The position numbers were made by a program, and so were the translations under genes. Positions 1 to 7,165 of a DNA stretch of 64,000 nucleotides are shown here, in pieces. The stretch covers positions 1-64,000 of IMG/VR virus record IMGVR_UViG_3300042197_003184. One strand, 5' to 3'. Below the pieces are notes generated by a model, which worked only from the letters and a program-made list of their open reading frames with translations, was not told where the DNA came from and did not search any database. Positions within the stretch are counted from its first letter, which is position 1; each line of letters starts with the position of its first letter. The DNA is from a virus.

Positions 1-10
1 ATTTTGTTCG

Positions 11-88
11 TAAGTCGTTGTGGCATAAGCACTTACGACGCGGCGGGCCGGCCACCCTCGCCCTAAGTCATTGGCAGTCAACAACTTA
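11..88. repeat. Bipartite dyad element R1
   Basis: TAAGTCGTT-GTGGCAT-AAGCACTTA (11-35), 28-bp GC-rich linker, TAAGTCATT-GGCAGTC-AACAACTTA (64-88). Confidence 0.95.
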
Positions 89-100
89 GAGCGATTGGCT

Positions 101-607
101 TTATTCGGCCTCAATAGGCTCATCTTCAGTAAAAAACTCACCCATATTATATTCATCCCACAAACGCTTAGGAATCATATCGTGATGGGTATACTCCACA
201 TAATGATCGTCACCATCCTGCCACAATCCACAATACGCCATTCCCGGTTCCCAGTATGTAGCCTCAACCTTGAATCCCAACTCTACCAATCGTTCATACA
301 ATCCAAGAGGAGGACTCCATGCACTATCAAAAGTCATAGTCGCCTGATTGTCCACAACGGTAGGATTCAATCCGTGGGCCTCATTATTATCACTACCTAC
401 GTCCCATTTTGTATTCCAATTATTTACGCACCAATTATACCAATAATCCGGATGGGTGGTATCAGTTATCAACTCACCATTACCGTCCCTAGGTACCGGT
501 AAATAATGGTCACAAACCTTACCTTCCTTATAGGCATGGACAAACTCCATAACCTTAGCCCTATCTTCATGCTCAATAGTCAGATTATTTTGACACCAAT
601 TAGGCAT
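101..607 (-). CDS. YubB/DUF1281-like ferredoxin-fold phage protein
   Basis: MPNWCxN start, WYNWCVNNWNTKWD and FDSAWSPP motifs; start moved to 607 because a -10 box lies at 631-636. Confidence 0.75.
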   Translation of the reverse strand: MPNWCQNNLTIEHEDRAKVMEFVHAYKEGKVCDHYLPVPRDGNGELITDTTHPDYWYNWCVNNWNTKWDVGSDNNEAHGLNPTVVDNQATMTFDSAWSPPLGLYERLVELGFKVEATYWEPGMAYCGLWQDGDDHYVEYTHHDMIPKRLWDEYNMGEFFTEDEPIEAE

Positions 608-1193
608 AAACAAACCCTTTCTTCTGCACAAGTATACCTTGTTGTTTCAGTTCTGTCAAGAGTCGCTTCCGAGCATACACATTTACAAAGCCATCAAAAG
701 TTTCATTATAGACCAGTTTTTTTGATCTCATATTAGAGTCAAAAGTAATTTGATAGCCGTGTTTTCCCCGTGTATACCCTTCCTTGGTCCACTCTGTTAT
801 CATTTCGCTATCAGTCCATTTGATCGTAATACCGTATGGATTGAGAAAAACGAAAAAGATTACATCAAAACACTCTGGTTTGATTTTATGAAACACATAT
901 TTTGTACGATTGCTTTTTTTATCATAAGGTTGCACAGTTCCCAGTTTTACCTCAACCCTAACATGATTCTCTACCAACAAATCATAATCCCCACTCTCAC
1001 CACAATGGATAACATCAAAACCACGCTCCATCAACTTTTTTTGCAATAACTTTTCAGTATATGTACCCCTATCATGGCTATTGCATAGATTCAGAGCATA
1101 GGCAAACTCATTTTTTTGTATGCTAAACAGGATAGCGTCCAGCATAGACCTTCCGTCCTGCCTAACACAATCAAGGTCTGCTATAGTGAACAT
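600..1193 (-). CDS. PD-(D/E)xK endonuclease
   Basis: GTYTE...GDYDLLV...VEVK motif series. Confidence 0.7.
   Translation of the reverse strand: MFTIADLDCVRQDGRSMLDAILFSIQKNEFAYALNLCNSHDRGTYTEKLLQKKLMERGFDVIHCGESGDYDLLVENHVRVEVKLGTVQPYDKKSNRTKYVFHKIKPECFDVIFFVFLNPYGITIKWTDSEMITEWTKEGYTRGKHGYQITFDSNMRSKKLVYNETFDGFVNVYARKRLLTELKQQGILVQKKGFVYA
631..659 (-). promoter_or_regulatory. sigma70-type early promoter
   Basis: TTGACA-17-TATACT on minus strand. Confidence 0.8.
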
Positions 1194-1199
1194 AGTGCT

Positions 1200-1227
1200 A
1201 TTCTATCACACTAAAATTTTTTGTCAA
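1200..1227 (-). promoter_or_regulatory. sigma70-type promoter, probably leaderless
   Basis: TTGACA-16-TAGAAT; ATG starts 7 nt after the -10 box. Confidence 0.75.
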
Positions 1228-1235
1228 CAGAACCA

Positions 1236-1274
1236 CGCTGACTATTGCCCATCACCGCAAATCCGTAGGATTAG
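1236..1274. repeat. GCTGACTAT plus GNA-triloop hairpin motif, copy 1
   Basis: cGCTGACTAT..AATCC-GTA-GGATTag; related copies at 5472 and 6327. Confidence 0.7.
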
Positions 1275-1450
1275 GAAAGACAACCAGACTCGCTACAGTC
1301 AATGACTACTTGACCCACCATGGTTCGCTCAAGGAAAATACGCTTTCCATATTCTTTCTCGGCTTTTTGCATAGCAGAGTATTCGGAATATGCTTTGACA
1401 TATCCAACGAGCCTACATTCTCTCCAGACTGCCCACAAGTATTCAGTCAT
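1271..1450 (-). CDS. hypothetical early protein
   Basis: ATG at 1450 overlaps the upstream stop (MTEYLWAVW...). Confidence 0.65.
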   Translation of the reverse strand: MTEYLWAVWRECRLVGYVKAYSEYSAMQKAEKEYGKRIFLERTMVGQVVIDCSESGCLS

Positions 1451-1694
1451 CCTCAGTCTCCGCAAACATATCATCCCATGCCACACTGTCAATACCGGTC
1501 ATGCACACTTCACGCTCATCGGCACTCAGGTACGGAAATGCTACTTGAACCAACTCCCCATTGAGCCAACGATTCATGTCCGCTAACTTGACCTGAACAG
1601 TAAACGGACGACCATCCAAACTTTCGCCCGTCATGGTCAAATCCTGACCGTCTTCACTAACCGTTTTCGTACAGTTCGCCAGAGCATATCTCAT
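1443..1694 (-). CDS. hypothetical early protein
   Basis: AGAGGAG SD, directly downstream of a promoter. Confidence 0.8.
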   Translation of the reverse strand: MRYALANCTKTVSEDGQDLTMTGESLDGRPFTVQVKLADMNRWLNGELVQVAFPYLSADEREVCMTGIDSVAWDDMFAETEDD

Positions 1695-1717
1695 AGTTTT
1701 TCTCCTCTTATCCCCTC

Positions 1718-1760
1718 ATTCTACTGCTCTATTATCGGCTTGTCAATAGAGAAAACTTTA
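1718..1760 (-). promoter_or_regulatory. composite sigma70/sigma28-like promoter
   Basis: TTGACA-17-TAGAAT overlapping TAAA-N17-GCCGATAA. Confidence 0.8.
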
Positions 1761-1777
1761 GCAGAAAAGATTTGTTG

Positions 1778-1855
1778 TAAAGTGTTGGTGGGTAAAGACT
1801 TACGTCAAACGGGGCCGCGAGCCCTCGCCCTAAGTGCTGCCGTAGCAACAACTTA
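1778..1855. repeat. Bipartite dyad element R2
   Basis: dyads at 1778-1802 and 1831-1855, 53-bp period. Confidence 0.95.
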
Positions 1856-1880
1856 GGGTTAGGGTTTCGAGAAAGAGAGA

Positions 1881-2294
1881 TCAGCAGAAGAAACTAGCCA
1901 CCTTCGGACTCTTGAACAGAGTACCAGCAAGGATAGGCTTTCGGCAATTCACTGCACGTTCACAGTAGAACTGTCGAATTTTACCATCCACAGTCTGACA
2001 CGTTACCAGATGATTAGTACGCTTGAACTGAGGATCGTTTCTACGATAGTTACTACGTCGGTTCATCAGTTTGATCCAAGTAGAATCCAGCGTAGCAACA
2101 GGCTCGATAACCTTAGCCAGATACCTTTCTGGCTCACCATTCAACGGTTGGAGATATTCAAAGTTGAAGACATCACCAACCTTAGCATTCGACAACGAAG
2201 TCCTAGAACCACCATAGATGGCATAGAACAGAAAGCCAGCAAAGCCAGCAGCAACAACAGCAAACAAACCACCAAGCACAATCCAATCAGTCAT
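1881..2294 (-). CDS. membrane-anchored hypothetical protein
   Basis: N-terminal hydrophobic helix; own promoter. Confidence 0.8.
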   Translation of the reverse strand: MTDWIVLGGLFAVVAAGFAGFLFYAIYGGSRTSLSNAKVGDVFNFEYLQPLNGEPERYLAKVIEPVATLDSTWIKLMNRRSNYRRNDPQFKRTNHLVTCQTVDGKIRQFYCERAVNCRKPILAGTLFKSPKVASFFC

Positions 2295-2332
2295 ACTAAA
2301 CCCTTTCGTTTGAAAATCCTAAATCTACAACC

Positions 2333-2360
2333 AGTCTACCACAATTTTTCTGTCTGTCAA
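2333..2360 (-). promoter_or_regulatory. sigma70-type promoter
   Basis: TTGACA-16-TAGACT. Confidence 0.7.
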
Positions 2361-2683
2361 GGGGAGATCACCATTCCGCTATAGAACGGATATTCGTTAC
2401 GACTACCATGGGCGGTAGGCACCTGCACATACCATTCATGATTACGCTGGCGAACCTTGAACGGGCTATACTGGTTGATACGATCCTTAGTGGTGGCGGT
2501 CTGCCATCCCCCATTGCTCAGTGTATACGTACCATCCTCGTGGATGCGAACCACACACGTACTATGCAGAGTGATTCCGACCGAGCCATCTGGCAGGATT
2601 TCCGCATAGGTATTGTTTCCAACCTTGCGACGAGTACGATAAGAAATACCCTTAACCATCTTAACCGCTTCAGCGTGTGTCAT
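2357..2683 (-). CDS. hypothetical early protein
   Basis: GWQTATTKDRIN motif; promoter upstream. Confidence 0.8.
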   Translation of the reverse strand: MTHAEAVKMVKGISYRTRRKVGNNTYAEILPDGSVGITLHSTCVVRIHEDGTYTLSNGGWQTATTKDRINQYSPFKVRQRNHEWYVQVPTAHGSRNEYPFYSGMVISP

Positions 2684-2707
2684 ATTCTTTTCCCTTTCGT
2701 TTCACTA

Positions 2708-2748
2708 AGTCTACATCTATTATCGGCACCTGTCAAGAGAAATCTTTA
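2708..2748 (-). promoter_or_regulatory. composite sigma70/sigma28-like promoter
   Basis: TTGACA-17-TAGACT overlapping TAAA-N17-GCCGATAA. Confidence 0.8.
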
Positions 2749-2767
2749 GAAAAATCTTTTTGTGTCG

Positions 2768-2845
2768 TAAAGTATTGAGGGATAAAGACTTACGTCAAAC
2801 GGGGCCGCGAGCCCTCACCCTAAGTGCTTTCGCACAAAGGGTTTA
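2768..2845. repeat. Bipartite dyad element R3
   Basis: dyads at 2768-2792 and 2821-2845; linker nearly identical to R2. Confidence 0.95.
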
Positions 2846-2854
2846 GGGCAAGAT

Positions 2855-3085
2855 TCACTCAAAGTCTACAAACACCACCTGAGCATAGCCGCGAGGCTTT
2901 AGGGTCAAACTATCTCCCCAGTTCTCAGTTTCGCAACGAACCCCGGTCAATCCGGCCAGTTCCTTGGCACGACGCACAATGCTACGTTGAGATTCTGGAT
3001 TCTTTGGCAGAAACTCATAACGATTCACCCAGCCATAATTAGCCTCACCACCAAACGTATCAGTCTGAGTCACAACACACTTCAT
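2855..3085 (-). CDS. hypothetical early protein
   Basis: TDTFGGEANYGWV motif; AAGGA SD. Confidence 0.8.
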   Translation of the reverse strand: MKCVVTQTDTFGGEANYGWVNRYEFLPKNPESQRSIVRRAKELAGLTGVRCETENWGDSLTLKPRGYAQVVFVDFE

Positions 3086-3086
3086 C

Positions 3087-3158
3087 TTACTTTCCTTTCT
3101 TTTCGTTCATTTGAACCACAATTCGAACAATTCGAGGAATACAATCTTCAGTCTTCAT
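3087..3158 (-). CDS. 23-aa micropeptide
   Basis: GAGGTG SD; MKTEDCIPRIVRIVVQMNEKKGK; coupled to neighbouring ORFs. Confidence 0.45.
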   Translation of the reverse strand: MKTEDCIPRIVRIVVQMNEKKGK

Positions 3159-3258
3159 CGTTCACCTCTTGGGTTGGAGCAAATACTAGGTCGCTTACCA
3201 GATACGATCCAATTATACCACAAACCACACCCAGAGTAAAGACCACATAAGGCTCCAT
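3148..3258 (-). CDS. 36-aa single-TM micropeptide
   Basis: AAGGAGG SD; MEPYVVFTLGVVCGIIGSYLVSDLVFAPTQEVNDED. Confidence 0.6.
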   Translation of the reverse strand: MEPYVVFTLGVVCGIIGSYLVSDLVFAPTQEVNDED

Positions 3259-3268
3259 TTTTCCCTCC

Positions 3269-3343
3269 TTAGATCAGAATAGCCATCACACACCCAGCCA
3301 CAAAACAAACCCCAAATAAAATCATCTCCTTAGGCCCAATCAT
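3269..3343 (-). CDS. 24-aa single-TM micropeptide
   Basis: AAGGAG SD; MIGPKEMILFGVCFVAGCVMAILI. Confidence 0.55.
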   Translation of the reverse strand: MIGPKEMILFGVCFVAGCVMAILI

Positions 3344-3424
3344 ATCCGATCTCCTTGTGGTTGTCAATCCCTATATCTATTATCGGCCAAATCCACCCAT
3401 AAGATCAAATAATTTTTCTTTCTG

Positions 3425-3502
3425 CAAAACGTTGTGAGATAAGGACTTAGGAACAATTTGTGCGGCCCGCCTCGCCCTAAGTTCTTTAGGGACAAGGCTT
3501 TA
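3425..3502. repeat. Bipartite dyad element R4
   Basis: dyads at 3425-3449 and 3478-3502. Confidence 0.9.
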
Positions 3503-3504
3503 GG

Positions 3505-3711
3505 TTAAGAAAGTACGTTGTCTGTACTAAATGAACACACGTTCAGTCCACTAGCCGCAGTGATAATATCAAACATTTTTCCGATATGCTCCTGTCGTTC
3601 CAGCGGTGTGCTCATATCATGCTCAGGAATATCTAGTACATACTCTTGAGTCAGGGGAATTTCTTCGAACTTTTCATTCTCTACTTTGATGTCATAGAAT
3701 CGGTGCAACAT
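3505..3711 (-). CDS. hypothetical early protein
   Basis: start overlaps upstream stop. Confidence 0.7.
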   Translation of the reverse strand: MLHRFYDIKVENEKFEEIPLTQEYVLDIPEHDMSTPLERQEHIGKMFDIITAASGLNVCSFSTDNVLS

Positions 3712-4109
3712 TAGAAACTCTCCGTAAAGTCAGCACTAATACCCATCTGTTCCCGAACGTCCGGGTCAGTAAGTGTATCCTCATCCATCATAAAGTCAAG
3801 GTCATCGAAAAAGATTTCCAACTCAGGCTCACCCTCATAAATCATGATTTTTGCAAAATCGTACAACATGAAATATGTCGTAGCCTGCACCCACGACTGA
3901 ACCACATTAGAATGAAGTTCGATTGTGTGCCGATTATTATAGACATACTCTATAGCGGAGCACTTAGTATTATCGCTCATCGTGCTCCATACCGGAATAC
4001 GATCATTGTACTTATTCAGTTCATACGACAATTCATTATGGTTCTTCCAGTCTTTATAATTCTCATACGTTGCTTCGATCATACCCTGTGCTATATTACG
4101 ATAGTACAT
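3711..4109 (-). CDS. hypothetical early protein
   Basis: coupled ORF with acidic C-terminus. Confidence 0.75.
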   Translation of the reverse strand: MYYRNIAQGMIEATYENYKDWKNHNELSYELNKYNDRIPVWSTMSDNTKCSAIEYVYNNRHTIELHSNVVQSWVQATTYFMLYDFAKIMIYEGEPELEIFFDDLDFMMDEDTLTDPDVREQMGISADFTESF

Positions 4110-4366
4110 CAGTAGTCCTCCCCATAGTAGCCGTAATCCTCATCGGTTCCAAATCCAGCATCTCGCATGGCACTGTCGAAATCCCCATCCATGCTATCAT
4201 CGACATCATTGTCCCAAACATCATCTTCCTCGTTTTCATCATAATCCTCATCCCAACTATCAAATTCATTCCAAGCGTTCTCGTCGTGGAAATCGTTGTA
4301 ATCGTCGTAGTTCATATCGTTTTCGTAAGAGTTATCGGGATCGAACAGGGGGTCAGGGTGACTCAT
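4109..4366 (-). CDS. extremely acidic protein (DNA-mimic candidate)
   Basis: 34 of 85 residues D/E, one R, no K; AAGGA SD. Confidence 0.75.
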   Translation of the reverse strand: MSHPDPLFDPDNSYENDMNYDDYNDFHDENAWNEFDSWDEDYDENEEDDVWDNDVDDSMDGDFDSAMRDAGFGTDEDYGYYGEDY

Positions 4367-4387
4367 GTGCTATTCCTTTCTCTAGTG

Positions 4388-4423
4388 TTATCGACATTCT
4401 ACACATAGAACTTGAGTTGTCAA
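4388..4423 (-). promoter_or_regulatory. composite sigma70/sigma28-like promoter
   Basis: TTGACA-16-TAGAAT plus TCAA-N16-GTCGATAA. Confidence 0.75.
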
Positions 4424-4453
4424 GCAAAAAAACACAAAAATAATTTCGTTTCG

Positions 4454-4531
4454 TAAACTGTTGATACGTAACGACTTACGACGAGCCGGGCCGCGGCGCC
4501 TCGCTCTAAGTTCTTTAGTAGCAAGGCTTTG
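4454..4531. repeat. Bipartite dyad element R5
   Basis: dyads at 4454-4478 and 4507-4531; 4454-4466 is an exact IHF consensus match on the minus strand. Confidence 0.95.
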
Positions 4532-4534
4532 CGT

Positions 4535-4780
4535 TCAATCTCCAAACGGGTTGTCGTCACCGTAACTTACGTATCCCACAGCCTCGTCCGCATGGAAGTC
4601 TTCGCGGTAATTATCTGACATAAAAACAACATCGGGTTCGATCTCGTCGCTCACCCCCACAACATCGGCCCAATCGTAGAAATCCGTTTGGATATTAGGA
4701 TCGTCAATCGGCTCGATCATGCCGTCGTCCACCATCTCGGCCAGAATCCGGTTAACATCATCAAAATCGTTCAGCATCAT
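4535..4780 (-). CDS. acidic hypothetical protein
   Basis: AAGGAG SD before ATG at 4780; D/E-rich. Confidence 0.7.
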   Translation of the reverse strand: MMLNDFDDVNRILAEMVDDGMIEPIDDPNIQTDFYDWADVVGVSDEIEPDVVFMSDNYREDFHADEAVGYVSYGDDNPFGD

Positions 4781-4842
4781 CTTCTCCTTGTGAAGTTCAC
4801 CAACGAACGCCATCATACTGGGAAAGTGATTCATGTCAACAC

Positions 4843-5106
4843 CTAAATTTGAGCCCAAGCCCTAAAACTTTGAGCAGAGGAACAGAACGCCATATCGTCC
4901 GAATCTCCACCGTAACCTTTGATTGTTTGAGCATACCAGATATATCCGCCCATCTCCCCCAACACTTCACGAAACCACCCGCTACCATCTTTTTTCGCGT
5001 AGGCTTCACCAACAAAAACCTTTGCTCTACTATTGAGCCAAATAATATCCCCGGTTTTCGTACCCAACATCGCCATAGCCTTTTGAACTTCCGATTTCGT
5101 AGACAT
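4843..5106 (-). CDS. hypothetical early protein
   Basis: AAGGAG SD and promoter upstream. Confidence 0.8.
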   Translation of the reverse strand: MSTKSEVQKAMAMLGTKTGDIIWLNSRAKVFVGEAYAKKDGSGWFREVLGEMGGYIWYAQTIKGYGGDSDDMAFCSSAQSFRAWAQI

Positions 5107-5118
5107 ACCTTGCTCCTT

Positions 5119-5155
5119 ATATCGTCATTCTACGCCTATAAAATCTACTTGTCAA
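5119..5155 (-). promoter_or_regulatory. composite sigma70/sigma28-like promoter
   Basis: TTGACA-17-TAGAAT followed by GACGATAT. Confidence 0.75.
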
Positions 5156-5318
5156 TAGTCTTTTGAAAAACAGTATCCAAATAAATCTCTCTATTCGTCA
5201 CAACCCACCCATATTCCGCTTCTGGAGTATAAACCCCAACATACAGTTTTCCACCATCCACACCCTCAAACCCCACACCATATCCTACCATACTAGCCAT
5301 CAAAAGTATACTGAACAT
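5145..5318 (-). CDS. 57-aa hypothetical protein (absent from ORF track)
   Basis: AAGGAG SD; MFSILLMASMVGYGVGFEG...IDK; preceded by TGAA-N16-GCCGATAT/TATAAT. Confidence 0.65.
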   Translation of the reverse strand: MFSILLMASMVGYGVGFEGVDGGKLYVGVYTPEAEYGWVVTNREIYLDTVFQKTIDK

Positions 5319-5384
5319 CCTTTTTCTCCTTAGATATTATATCGGCCAACCCCACCAATATCTTCACTTAAAAATCACAGAATA

Positions 5385-5462
5385 TAAACCCCTATCCTGC
5401 AACAACTTACGTTAAACGGGGCCGCGAGATTTTGACCTAAGTCCTTATGGGTCAATGACTTA
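5385..5462. repeat. Bipartite dyad element R6
   Basis: dyads at 5385-5409 and 5438-5462. Confidence 0.9.
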
Positions 5463-5471
5463 CGCTGACTA

Positions 5472-5502
5472 GCTGACTATCGCCATCAAGCCGGAGGCTT
5501 AG
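5472..5502. repeat. GCTGACTAT plus GNA-triloop hairpin motif, copy 2
   Basis: AAGCC-GGA-GGCTTag. Confidence 0.7.
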
Positions 5503-5514
5503 GTGAAACAATGT

Positions 5515-5901
5515 TCATCCATCACCCCTCCATGAGAAGGGGCTGATCTCCTCGCCATGAGACATGATAGCGGCATACTGTTCGGCCAGAGCCTCGACAC
5601 GCTCACGACTACCCCGTTTCCCGACCTTGATAATCATCGTATCCTCACCCCCCACAATTCGGGGATCGGCCTTCTCTGCCTTGCTCTTGCCCAATCGCCG
5701 CAATGCCTTGCGATTGAACTTCATAACCTTTTCGGTTACAAGGTATCTCTTATGGCCATCCACCCCATAGACATAGAAAGCGTCTTCGCCTTCTATCGCC
5801 CTATCGTCCGGGATCTCAACCAGATCGACCGTCGCCATACCAAGGAAACACATACGGGCTTGAATCTTGGCGTTTTCGATGATAGCGTACTTGGTTTTCA
5901 T
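5515..5901 (-). CDS. hypothetical early protein
   Basis: 128-aa ORF with purine-rich leader. Confidence 0.75.
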   Translation of the reverse strand: MKTKYAIIENAKIQARMCFLGMATVDLVEIPDDRAIEGEDAFYVYGVDGHKRYLVTEKVMKFNRKALRRLGKSKAEKADPRIVGGEDTMIIKVGKRGSRERVEALAEQYAAIMSHGEEISPFSWRGDG

Positions 5902-5948
5902 AGTTCTCTCTTTCTGTGTGTCAAAGGATACCGGTTTCGGTCAGACTA

Positions 5949-6137
5949 TCAACCCCCACAATCGAGGGAGGACAGATACTCTTGATTGTAGAAAACTACA
6001 TCCTCAAGATCCTCAATCTGACGATAGATTTGCGACCTAACGCTAGACGGCATACCATCATCCAGCATATCACGAAGATCGGTAATCTTCCGCATAGCCC
6101 AACTCGTTTCGTTCATTACTTTCTGTCGCTCGGTCAT
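5949..6137 (-). CDS. hypothetical early protein
   Basis: directly downstream of a promoter. Confidence 0.75.
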   Translation of the reverse strand: MTERQKVMNETSWAMRKITDLRDMLDDGMPSSVRSQIYRQIEDLEDVVFYNQEYLSSLDCGG

Positions 6138-6161
6138 CTTATTCTCTCTTTCTTTTCTCTT

Positions 6162-6189
6162 ATTCTACATATAGTTATCGTCGCGTCAA
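6162..6189 (-). promoter_or_regulatory. composite sigma70/sigma28-like promoter
   Basis: TTGACG-16-TAGAAT with GACGATAA in spacer. Confidence 0.75.
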
Positions 6190-6222
6190 TAAAAAAAAAT
6201 GAGGAAAAAGAAAAATATTTTT

Positions 6223-6238
6223 TGGTACAGTATTTGCT
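6223..6238 (+). promoter_or_regulatory. sigma54 (-24/-12) box
   Basis: TGGTACAGTATTTGCT, GG-N10-GC. Confidence 0.7.
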
Positions 6239-6248
6239 ATGATCGTTG

Positions 6249-6326
6249 TAAGTTGTTGATACATAAGCACTTACGTCAAATTCGCGGGCGCCTTGTTGTT
6301 GTAAGTCTTTATGTAGTAAGGGTTTA
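6249..6326. repeat. Bipartite dyad element R7
   Basis: dyads at 6249-6273 and 6302-6326; 6249-6261 is an exact IHF consensus match on the minus strand. Confidence 0.95.
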
Positions 6327-6363
6327 CGCTGACTATGCCCATATTGCCAAGCCGTAGGCTTAG
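6327..6363. repeat. GCTGACTAT plus GNA-triloop hairpin motif, copy 3
   Basis: AAGCC-GTA-GGCTTag. Confidence 0.7.
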
Positions 6364-6536
6364 CTGATACAGTGTTTCCACCTGAACAGGAGTTCAGTAG
6401 CAGCAGCCCGTATGCCTTCCATCAGCATTTCACGAATAGCCCCCTCCGAAGTGGGGAGTCTCCATTGTGCTTCGTGCAACCATAGTTGAATTGTGCTAGT
6501 GTTCATTTGTTCAAATGTTGGAGAGTAATAGTTCAT
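6360..6536 (-). CDS. hypothetical early protein
   Basis: likely start MNYYSPT after AAAGG. Confidence 0.65.
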   Translation of the reverse strand: MNYYSPTFEQMNTSTIQLWLHEAQWRLPTSEGAIREMLMEGIRAAATELLFRWKHCIS

Positions 6537-6546
6537 ACTTGACCTT

Positions 6547-6747
6547 TCAGTTAGCGGCTTCCATAACATCGAACGACACACACTTGTCAAGATAGATCGA
6601 CCTATACCCTTGCTCGCACTTGACAGTCAACAGGACACGCTCAGTCTCGTGACCTTCACCGGGAGGCATGGAGCGAACCTTGACCACTTCGCCATTCACG
6701 ATTTCGCCATTGTTGTATTCCGCAAACACAAAGTCACCAACATTCAT
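6547..6747 (-). CDS. small beta-barrel-like (SH3/KOW-like) hypothetical protein
   Basis: MNVGDFV...GEVVKV pattern; promoter upstream. Confidence 0.7.
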   Translation of the reverse strand: MNVGDFVFAEYNNGEIVNGEVVKVRSMPPGEGHETERVLLTVKCEQGYRSIYLDKCVSFDVMEAAN

Positions 6748-6772
6748 TTTCTTTCTCTCTTTCTTTGCTCTT

Positions 6773-6800
6773 ATTCTACATATTCATATCGTCAAGTCAA
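6773..6800 (-). promoter_or_regulatory. composite sigma70/sigma28-like promoter
   Basis: TTGACT-16-TAGAAT; TGAA-N16-GACGATAT. Confidence 0.75.
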
Positions 6801-6810
6801 CAAAAAAAAT

Positions 6811-7056
6811 TCAGTAGTACAACCAATCCTTCAGAATATTGCCATTAGCATCAACTTCGATATACTCGCCCTCATCCCCACAAGGGAAAAAGCCTTCAAT
6901 GTATCCGTTCAATCCCTTATGGGCAATGTCGTTTGCCAGAGCTTCGGCGAGCAACTCTCCACCGATGGTAGCAACCCCAACTAACGTATCGGGAGAAGTG
7001 CTATCCGCACCATACAGGAACTCGACCAATTCGTCTCGACTGTTTAGCGTAACCAT
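6811..7056 (-). CDS. acidic hypothetical protein
   Basis: AAGGA SD; promoter upstream. Confidence 0.75.
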   Translation of the reverse strand: MVTLNSRDELVEFLYGADSTSPDTLVGVATIGGELLAEALANDIAHKGLNGYIEGFFPCGDEGEYIEVDANGNILKDWLYY

Positions 7057-7079
7057 TTTTCTTATCCTTCTTTTCTCTT

Positions 7080-7107
7080 AGTCTACATAATATTATCGGC
7101 TTGTCAA
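7080..7107 (-). promoter_or_regulatory. composite sigma70/sigma28-like promoter
   Basis: TTGACA-16-TAGACT with GCCGATAA in spacer. Confidence 0.75.
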
Positions 7108-7139
7108 ACAAAAAAAAATAGAAAAAAGAAAAATATTTT

Positions 7140-7155
7140 TGGCATAGTATTTGCT
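7140..7155 (+). promoter_or_regulatory. sigma54 (-24/-12) box
   Basis: TGGCATAGTATTTGCT. Confidence 0.75.
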
Positions 7156-7165
7156 ATATGCGTCG

